NCBI RefSeq assembly: GCF_006345805.1
Contig: NW_021824857.1
Coordinates: 1-17,553, forward strand
DNA length: 17,553 nt
Origin: Octopus sinensis
Taxonomy: Eukaryota
Reading direction: 5' to 3'
Under the pieces are notes generated by a model. That model had not been told where the DNA came from. It made no database searches and saw only the letters and a list, made by a program, of their open reading frames with translations. The first letter of the stretch is position 1; each line of letters starts with the position of its first letter. This document shows positions 10,228 to 17,553 of this stretch, piece after piece. A program made the position numbers and the translations under genes.

Positions 10228-10392
10228 TAGGTGAAAAGAAAATGGGATGACAAATAACAAACAGAAGTGTGCCTTTTGCTCTGGTAAGCCATTATTTCTC
10301 ACTCTCACCTTTATTTACTAATTAAATAATGGCTTACAGGCGCAAACGACACACTCCTGTTTGTTATTTGTTCTCTAGTTTCTTCTCGCCTA
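10228..10392. repeat. Imperfect inverted repeat (~70-bp arms)
   Basis: TAGGTGAAAAGAAA..ACAAATAACAAACAG.AGTGTG..GTAAGCCATTATTT / AAATAATGGCTTAC..CACACT.CTGTTTGTTATTTGT..TTTCTTCTCGCCTA. Confidence 0.88.
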
Positions 10393-10542
10393 CATAAATT
10401 AAACTACAGTTACCCACTAAATTACCTGCTGCCGTTTACCTTTTACCAAGGAATATACCCACTGAGGTAATTACCAGAAGTACCTTTGGATATTTCTATC
10501 TCTTAGAGGCCTTAAACACCTCTAACTTCAACCTGTGCACAC

Positions 10543-10575
<33 letters not shown>

Positions 10576-10577
10576 AA

Positions 10578-10775
10578 GTTAATCCAAACAAGAAAGCACA
10601 AAAAAACACAACAACGCGAGGACGTGGAACAAATATAGTATTATTGGACGCTCAGGAAAGAAGGAGGGTTTAACGTTTCGAGCGGAGCTCTTCGTCGGAA
10701 ACATAGGAAAAGGAAAGATCCAGAGAAGGGAAGACAGAGGGAAAAAATCGCCAACGGTACACACGCGGTCACATT
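10578..10775 (-). mobile_element. ~200-bp hammerhead-bearing element inserted in (TA)n
   Basis: GC-richer, CpG-retaining island flanked by (TA)n on both sides. Contains the motif at 10668-10702. Confidence 0.65.
10668..10702 (-). ncRNA. Minimal type I hammerhead motif (Penelope-type, dimer-dependent stem III)
   Basis: Minus strand: GUUU-CCGACGA-A-GAGC ucc GCUC-GAAA-CG-UU-AAAC. Stem I GUUU/AAAC, stem II GAGC/GCUC, AACGUU palindrome in place of stem III. Confidence 0.7.
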
Positions 10776-10867
10776 TATATATATACATATACATATATAT
10801 AATAATAAAAACATGAGGGAATATTATTCCAAACTTACAGGGAAAAATTCAATTTAGAAATACTAAA

Positions 10868-11055
10868 TCACTTGACAAGTGATGCTGGGATGTTTATTTC
10901 CCCATAACTTAGTAGTTCAGCAAAGAAAACCAATAGAATAAGTACTAGTCTGTCAAAAAATAAGTCATGGTGTTGATTTCTTCGACTAAGACCTTTAAAG
11001 GCGGTGCTCCAGCATGGACACAGTCAAATGACTGAAACAAATAAAGGATAGAAGA
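10868..11055 (+). mobile_element. 3' half of the tRNA/CORE SINE
   Basis: TCACTTGACAA..GGCGGTGCTCCAGCATGG..GACTGAAACAA. Confidence 0.78.
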
Positions 11056-11151
11056 ATATTTATATGTATAGATAGATACATAGAAAGCTAGAGAGAGAGA
11101 GAGAGAGAGAGAGTAGAGGAGTTATAAAGATATATATATATACATACATAC

Positions 11152-11315
11152 TTTTCTACTCTAGGTACAAAGCCTGAAATTTTGGGGGAGGGGCCAGTCG
11201 ATTAGCTCGACCCCTATACGCAAACGGTACTTAATTTATCGACCCTGAAAGGGTCAAAAGCTAAGTCAACCTCAGTGGAATTTGAACTCAGAATGTAAAG
11301 ACCATGCCACCTAAG
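11152..11315 (-). mobile_element. SINE fragment (fourth family)
   Basis: GGTACTTAATTTATCGACCC..AAGTCAACCTCAGTGGAATTTGAACTC. Minus strand shows a B-box-like GAGTTCAAATTCC followed by a SINE central-domain-like segment. Confidence 0.65.
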
Positions 11316-11536
11316 ATGTGTGTGTGTGTGTGTGGGTGTGGGTATGTGTATATATACATATGTATGTTTGTATGTATGTTTATATATATATATATATATA
11401 TATATTTAGAAATTCTGTTTCTAAATGTCTTGCTTCGAGAGCTGCATTCGGTATGATTCGTTTACTTTTGGTAGTAATGACTTTGGAAGTCCCTCGTAGC
11501 GTGAGGCATTTATGTGTAATAATGCCCTCTATACAA

Positions 11537-11568
<32 letters not shown>

Positions 11569-11574
11569 CGTATG

Positions 11575-11778
11575 TTTCTGTGTTTGTCCCCCCAGCCTCG
11601 CTTGATAACAGATGCTGGTGTGTTTACGTCCCAGTAACTTGGTGGTTCAGCAAAAGAGAGATATATAATAAGTACGAGGCTTACAAAGAATAAAATCTGG
11701 GGTCGATTTGCTCGACTAAAGGCAGTGCTCCAGCATGGCCACAGTCACATGACTGAAACAAGTAAAAGAGTAAAAGAA
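11575..11778 (+). mobile_element. 3' half of the tRNA/CORE SINE
   Basis: TGTGTTTGTCCCCC..GACTGAAACAAGTAAAAGAGTAAAAG. More degenerate copies at ~11995-12145 and ~13630-13850. Confidence 0.8.
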
Positions 11779-12639
11779 TATATGTATGTATATATGTGTA
11801 TATACATATATGTATGTATATATATATATGTTTGTGTTTATATGCATATGTATGTATATATGCATATACATAGGTGTTTATATATGTAAGTATATATATA
11901 TATTATATATATATATATACATATATATATATCTTTGTGTGTGTGTGCGCATGCACATATGTGTGCCTCTTTCTTTGTGCCTCTATTGCTCCTCCGCTGC
12001 CACTGCTTGACAACCGGTGTTGGTGTGTTTACATCCCTGTAACTTAGCAGTTCAGCAAAAGAGACTGACAGAATATAAGTACCAGCCTTCATACAAAACA
12101 AAATAATTACAGGGTTTCGCTCGTCTGACTAAAACGACGACAGTATTTATAACGAATGACTACGGTGGTTAAAAAAATTATGATTATAATTATAATAGGT
12201 AGGTCGTTATTTTCCCCACTAATAACCATAACTGCTGACACCAAGCAATCACCGTGGAGTGTCACTGCGTGTGTGTGTGTGTGAGTGTGAAGCAATACCT
12301 ACAATTATGTAACCGGCTGCTAGGAATGTCATGTGAATCTTGTTGCACTGAATTGCACTAATTTGCTAGTTCACATACTTACACGGATACATTCATGCAC
12401 ACACACGCATAGACACTCACGCACACACAGACATACATATAAATACATACATACATACACTCGTGTTTCTGTATATGTGTGTTGCATATGTATATGTAAA
12501 TATATATATATATATATTTCTTTTTCCATGTTAATTGTTGACAAGAGAAAAATACACACATCTATTTATGTATATATATATATATAGATATATATAAATA
12601 CATTTATATATAGATATATATATATATATATATATATAA

Positions 12640-12836
12640 GCTGTGCAGGTAGCACGTAAAAAGCACCCACTACACTCATGGAGTGGTTGGCGTTAGGAAG
12701 GGCATCCAGCCGTTGAAACATTGCCAGATATGACTGGGCCTGGTGCAGCCGTCTGGCTTCCCAGACCCCAGTTGCACTGTCCAACCCATGCTAGCATGGA
12801 AAGCAGACGCTAAACGATGATGATGATGATGATGAT
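12640..12836 (+). mobile_element. 3' part of the (GAT)n-tailed element
   Basis: GGCGTTAGGAAGGGCATCCAGCCG..CCAACCCATGCTAGCATGGAAAGC..(GAT)n. Confidence 0.8.
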
Positions 12837-12950
12837 ATATATATTTATATATATATATTCATATATCTGTATAGTACTATACACTCATATGTATGTTTCT
12901 GTATATGTATATGTATACATATATATATATATATATATATATATGTATTG

Positions 12951-12981
<31 letters not shown>

Positions 12982-13024
12982 GTACATATGGATTGATAGA
13001 TAGGCAAACAGACAGTGATACCTA

Positions 13025-13587
13025 CACTACCGTCAGAAAGTAATTAGCACCCTTGATTTGCTCACCATGAAGCATGGTGGGGTGGTCTGATGGTGTGAGG
13101 GGCGTTCAGCTACAGTGGTGTTGGGCGGCTCTATGCCGTCGAGGCAACATCAACGCAGCAAAGTACGTGAGATAGTACGGGAGGACCTCTTTGGTGGCGA
13201 GGAGTACGTGCTGGCCAGTCACCTGACCTGAACCCTATGAGAACCTCTGGAGTCGATTGGGTAGGGATTGAATGTGCAGCAATACAGGAACCGACACGAG
13301 CTGTTTGGGGCACTTCTTGGCTGCATGGAGGGCCATCCTGCACAGTACCTGCAGGCACTCATAGACAGCATGCCGACCCGCGTAGCAGCTGTCATTGCTG
13401 CCAAAGGAGGTGCAACAAGATATTGACTAAATTTCACGATTAATAACAACTATGTGGTGTGCTGGGATATGTTTTAATAAATTTTTGATTATAAACGAGT
13501 TCGTTTCTGATAATAAGTTAATTAAACTAAGAAAATGTAAGAACATGTAGAAATTTGAGAAGTGCTAATTAATTTCCAACGCAAGTG
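13025..13587 (+). mobile_element. Internally deleted Tc1/mariner DNA transposon
   Basis: TA-CACTACCGTCAGAAAGTAATTAGCAC ... GTGCTAATTAATTTCCAACGCAAGTG-TA gives imperfect TIRs and a TA TSD. Frameshifted Tc1 motifs: MKHGG..LMVxGAFSYSGVG (13067-), SPDLNP.ENLW (~13219-13250) and DSMPTRVAAVIAAKGGATRY* (13364-13426). Confidence 0.9.
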
Positions 13588-13891
13588 TAGGCAGAAAGAT
13601 AGATAGAGAGACAGGCAGACAGACGTGTGTCTGTCTGTGTGTCCACCACTTCACAGCCAGTGTTAGTGTATTCACATCCACATCTCTGTAACTTACCAGT
13701 TCATCTGCAGAGACAGACAGAATCAGTACCAAACTTCAAAAACTAAAAAAAAAAAAAGGTATTAGGGGTCAATTTCTTTGACTAAAAATTCTTCAAGGTG
13801 GTGCCCCAACATGGCCACAGCCTAATGACTGTAAAAGATAAAAGATAATAATATATAATGCATAATGTATAATAATATAATCTATAATACA

Positions 13892-14309
13892 TACTTTTTT
13901 TACTCTTTTACTTGTTTCAGTCATTTGACTGTGGCCATGCTGGAGCACCGCCTTTAGTCGAGCAAATCAACCCCAGGATTTATTCTTTGTAAGCCTAGTA
14001 CTTATTGTATCAGTCTCTTTTGCCGAACCGCTAAGTTACGGGGACGTAAACGCACCAGCATCGGTTGTCAAGTGATGTAGGGGGGACAAACAGACACACA
14101 AATATATACACACAAACACACACATATATATATATATACATATATATGACGGGCTTCTTTCAGTTTCCGTCTACCAAATGCACTCACAAGACTTTGGTCA
14201 GCCCAAGGCTATAGTAGAAGACATTTGCCCAAGGTGCCACAAAGTGGGACTGAACCCGGAACCATGTGGTTGGTAAGCAAGCTACTTACCACACAGCCAC
14301 TCCTGCGCC
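13892..14309 (-). mobile_element. Full-length octopus-type tRNA/CORE SINE
   Basis: Minus strand: head GGCGCAGGAGTGGCTGTGTGGTAAG (A box), GGTTCAGTCCC (B-box-like), CORE-like GGCACCTTGGGCAA, internal (TA/TG)n, then 3' body ending GACTGAAACAAGTAAAAGAGT. Confidence 0.85.
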
Positions 14310-14719
14310 TATAGTACTTAAATCCTTAAATCCTTAAAAATGTTTTAGCCCGAAGGCCGCGGCCATGCTGGGGCACCACCGCTGAATTAATATTACTTAA
14401 TTAATATTTAATTAAAAACAGTCATACTGTATTATATAGATCATTAATTTTTACCAGTTTATAATATGTAATATGAAGCAATTTATACTGTTTAATAATA
14501 TGATATATAATCTATAATCAGCTATCTAAAAATTTTACTTATTCTGTATGGAAAAATCTTAATTATATTAGAGAAATTAATTGAAACCTCATAGGCAGTC
14601 TGTTAATTAGAAATATGGTCACAGAATGGATTCTAAAATTAGATCTATTACAACAAAGTTGTGTGTGTGTATGTATATATATATATACATGTGTGTGTGT
14701 GTATGTATATATATATGTA

Positions 14720-14882
14720 GGCGTAGGAGTGGCTGTGTGGTAAGTAGCTTGCTTACAAACCACATGGTTCCGGGTTCAGTAACACTGCATGGCACCTTGG
14801 GCAAGTGTCTTCTGCTCTAGCCTTGGGCCAACCAAAGCTTTGTGAGGGGATTTGGTAGACAGAAACTGAAAGAAGCCCATCA
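14720..14882 (+). mobile_element. 5' half of the tRNA/CORE SINE
   Basis: GGCGTAGGAGTGGCTGTGTGGTAAG...GAAACTGAAAGAAGCCC. Head-only fragments also at 7785-7816 and 9246-9313. Confidence 0.85.
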
Positions 14883-14902
14883 TATATATGTATATGTGCT
14901 TT

Positions 14903-15084
14903 TACAAATGTCTTTTTTTCAAAAGCTCTGAATTAAAATATTTCACCAAACCTTGGTCACAATTTATGTTCCTAACACTAGCTTAATGACAACTAAGTTA
15001 TTTTACTAAATTCTTTGTTATATTTTAAATTAATTGAAAGAAATACAGAGCATCTCAAAATAAATGCAGTAATGAAAGGGTTAA
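14903..15084 (-). mobile_element. piggyBac-like MITE fragment
   Basis: Reverse complement of ~1200-1378. Ends AAAGGG-TTAA directly before the transposase relic. Confidence 0.75.
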
Positions 15085-15875
15085 TGGACCAGAAATTCAC
15101 ACACTAATTAGTGATGATCTTTTTCAAGAAAAATTAAGCCCAGTAGAGAAAACTGCTTGGGAAAAGTTTGTTTCTCTTGTAAAAAATTTGTTGGGAAATG
15201 AAAACTCATCTACATTGCAATTTTGAATGATTTTTTTGAAAGTTTATAAGGTGCAGGTGTGGCTGTGTTGTAAGTAGCTTGCTTACCAACCACACGGTTC
15301 CGGGTTCAGTCCCACTGCATGGCACCTTGGGCAAGTGTCTTCTACTATAGCCTTGGGCCAACCAAAGCCTTGTGAGTGGATTTGGTAGACGAAAACTGAA
15401 AAGAAGCCTGTCGTATATATGTATAGATTTAAATGTATGTGTGTGTGTATGTTTGTGTGTCTGTGTTTGTCCCCCTAGCATTGCTTGACAACCGATGCTG
15501 GTGTGTTTACGTCCCCGTCACTTAGCGGTTTGGCAAAAGAGACCGATAGAATAAGTACTGGGCTTACAAAGAATAAGTCCCGGGGTCGATTTGCTCGACT
15601 AAATGCGGTGCTCCAGCATGGCCGCAGTCAAATGACTGAAACAAGTAAAAGAGTAAAAAGAGAGTAAGCAACTTGGGGCAAGAATGTCTCTAAGAATTCA
15701 TTTTCTCTACTGGCATCTTGACATTTTTTTCCACTCAATATGGGTGATGTAAGTGATGAGAATGGTGAACAATTTCATCAAGAAATCAAAGAGCTAGAAA
15801 GCCGCTACAGTGGCAGACTTACACCAAACATGCTGACCGACTACTGTTGGCTTTTAAAACGAGAACAGGAAAACA
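15085..15875 (+). pseudogene. DNA-transposase relic (probably Chapaev3/CMC-like), interrupted by a SINE
   Basis: GPEIHTLISDDLFQEKLSPVEKTAWEKFVSLVKNLLGN (15086-15200), then LKVYK | SINE | QLGARMSLRIHFLYWHLD..MGDVSDENGEQFHQEIKELESRYSGRLTPNMLTDYCWLLKRE. Matches the recalled transposase motif LGxxMSLKIHFLHSHLDFF..SDEHGERFHQDI..MLADYCW. Family name is from memory. Confidence 0.75.
15250..15664 (+). mobile_element. Full-length octopus-type tRNA/CORE SINE inserted in the transposase relic
   Basis: Same head-to-tail structure as 13892-14309. TAAG at 15247-15250 and 15665-15668. Removing it rejoins the transposase frame. Confidence 0.88.
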
Positions 15876-15878
15876 TGC

Positions 15879-16365
15879 ATCATCATCATCATCATCATCG
15901 TCATTTAACGTCCGTTTTTCATGCCAGCATGGGTTGGACGGTTCGACTGGGGTCTGGGAAGCCAGAAGGCTGCACCAGGCTCCAGTGTGATCTGGTAGTG
16001 TTTCTACAGCTGGATACCCTTCCTAACGCTAACCACTCCATGAGTGTAGTGGGTGCTTTTTACGTGCCACCGGCACAGGTGCCAGGGGAGATTGGCAACG
16101 GCCACGATCGGTTGGTGCCTTTTACGTGCCACCGGCACGGAAGCCAGTCAAGGTGGCACTGGTATCGGCCACATTCTGATGGTGCTTTTTACGTGCCACC
16201 AGCACGGGTATCACAACTACAATTTCCATTTAATTTTTTATTTTGATGTTGATGTACTTCACTCAATAGGTCTCCACAAGCACAGCAGGCCGTCCTGTGA
16301 TCCAAAGAACTTTGGGTGGGCTGGGGCTTCTATGTGAAGCTGGTGCAGGAAACAGCCATGAACTC
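15879..16365 (-). mobile_element. (GAT)n-tailed RTE-related SINE/non-autonomous element
   Basis: Same family as 8343-8685. Three internal repeats GGTGC(T/C)TTTTACGTGCCACC(G/A)GCAC at ~16052, 16114 and 16181. Confidence 0.8.
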
Positions 16366-16638
16366 ACAACATAAACATAAAAGAAGACACCAATGCTATT
16401 TTTGAAAAACATAGAATAAATAAGCAATAATAAATCTTAGAGCCAGTTATAAACAGTAGCTGCAACACATCGTGACGTATATTTGCCATTTAAATATGGC
16501 TAACCCCTAAGAGTGGATGCTACTGTAGTTTGTAGCCCCAGGAGGATACCTCCTCCAGCTGGCTTTAAACACACTTTCTATGCCCTATCAATGTTTGCAA
16601 AGGGAAGCTATCCTTCCCATCTTCAATCTGACATGATA

Positions 16639-16683
16639 CACACGGATTCGAGTTTCTGGGTATTGACCCGTCATCGGCGTGTG
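16639..16683 (-). ncRNA. Type I hammerhead ribozyme motif (unit 1)
   Basis: Minus strand: CACACG-CCGAUGA-CGGGU caau ACCCA-GAAA-C UCGA A-UC-CGUGUG. Stem I is 6 bp, extendable by UGAU/AUCA. Stem II is GGGU/ACCC. Stem III is minimal with a UCGA palindrome. Core has U4C, and this copy has AUC at the cleavage triplet. Confidence 0.8.
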
Positions 16684-16991
16684 ACAATCACAGTTGTCGA
16701 TGAAAAGTAGGTTCCCTTAGCAAATACTTATCTCTTTTCCAGTATCGTAAAGACACTGATATCGAAAAGGTGTAATCAAGCAATAATAAATCTTAGAGCG
16801 AGTTATAAACAGTAGCTGCAACACATCGTGACGTATATTTGCCATTTAAATATGGCTAACCCCTAAGAGTGGATGCTACTGTAGTTTGTAGCCCCAGGAG
16901 GATACCTCCTCCAGGTGGCTTTAGACACACTTTCTGTGCCCTATCAGTATTTGCAAAGGGAAGCCATCCTTCCCGTCTTCAACTTATGATA

Positions 16992-17036
16992 CACACGGAC
17001 TCGAGTATCTGGGTATTGACCCGTCATCGGCGTGTG
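16992..17036 (-). ncRNA. Type I hammerhead ribozyme motif (unit 2)
   Basis: Minus strand: CACACG-CCGAUGA-CGGGU caau ACCCA-GAUA-C UCGA G-UC-CGUGUG. GUC site and ACUCGAGU palindrome are intact, but GAAA is changed to GAUA. Confidence 0.78.
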
Positions 17037-17553
17037 ACAATCATAGTTGTCGATGAAAAGTAGGTTCCCTCTGAAAATACTTATCCCTTTTCCAGTATCG
17101 TAAAGACACTGATATCGAAAATGTGTAATCAAGTAATAATAAATCTTAGAGCGAGTTATAAACAGTAGCTGCAACACATTGTGACGTATATTTGCCATTT
17201 AAATATGGCTAACCCCTAAGGGTGGATGCTACTGTAGTTTGTAGCCCCAGGAGGATACCTCTTCCAGCTGGCGCAGAAAGTGTGTCTAAAGCCACCTGGA
17301 GGAGCTGTCCTCCTGGGGTTACAAACTACAGTAGCATCCACCCTTAGGGGTTAGCCATATTTAAATGGCAAATATACGTCACGATAGAATAAATAATATT
17401 CACTTTACACTCTTGTTTTGTTTTATTGGTTTTAGAGCTACTTGTCCACCTAGTTGCTATGGGTCTTATACCAAATAACGGTAATTTACGCTTAACATAA
17501 CATTTATTTTATTTGTCATGAATTTTCACATTATTGTAATTTTGAAGAAGTGC

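Larger units (their letters stand above)
16424..17383 (-). mobile_element. Hammerhead-bearing tandem-repeat retroelement (non-LTR retrozyme / Penelope-like pLTR array) with terminal inversion
   Basis: Units start at AAG(C/T)AATAATAAATCTTAGAG at 16422, 16778 and 17131 (periods 356 and 353). The third unit stops at ~17272, and ~17270-17385 is an inverted copy of unit sequence. Direct repeat ATAGAATAAATAA at 16411-16423 and 17384-17396 (TSD). Hammerhead motif in both full units. Confidence 0.85.

Noticed and set aside
44-12784. Many YI/IY/HT/CV-rich ORFs in the ORF track
   Set aside because: They are translations of (TA)n, (CA)n and (TG)n microsatellites or SINE bodies, with no protein-like composition.
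7680-15312. tRNA-like A/B box sequences
   Set aside because: They are SINE heads continuing into SINE bodies, with no complete cloverleaf.
16052-16205. Three ~25-bp repeats with ~40-bp spacers (CRISPR-like spacing)
   Set aside because: They are internal repeats of a eukaryotic retroposon also seen at 8512-8605, and there are no cas genes.
15740-16246. 168-aa ORF with poly-His
   Set aside because: Chimera of the transposase relic and an antisense (GAT)n-tailed element. The His run is the (CAT)n tail.
16754-16770. Plus-strand CTGATATCGAAA
   Set aside because: No GA after CUGAN and no stem II, so it is not a second hammerhead.
16513-17063. Repeated 64-65 aa ORFs (MDATVVCSPRR...)
   Set aside because: GTG starts, no recognisable domain, and antisense to the hammerhead. 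They repeat only because the unit repeats.

Overview
AT-rich, microsatellite-saturated, non-coding eukaryotic DNA. The SINE families (tRNA head GGCGCAGGAGTGGCTGTGTGGTAAG + CORE-like GGCACCTTGGGCAAG; (GAT)n-tailed RTE-related SINEs) are ones I recognise from octopus genomes, so an octopod cephalopod intron or intergenic region is inferred. No host exon is supported, and almost all ORFs in the track are (TA)n/(CA)n or SINE artefacts. The window holds many tRNA-SINEs, TTAA-flanked piggyBac-like MITEs, Helitron-like pieces, an internally deleted Tc1 element, a Chapaev-like transposase relic and R4/Dong-like RLE retrotransposon relics. The main find is at 16424-17383: ~2.4 tandem copies of a 353-356 bp structured unit, each full unit carrying a minus-strand type I hammerhead ribozyme motif, followed by a terminal inversion and flanked by a 13-bp target-site duplication. 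This is the architecture of a non-LTR retrozyme or Penelope-like pseudo-LTR array. Four further minus-strand minimal hammerhead motifs (528, 5792, 6484, 10668) and several foldback elements sit in (TA)n tracts, suggesting several ribozyme-bearing, microsatellite-associated retroelement families. All calls were made by eye and no database searches were run.
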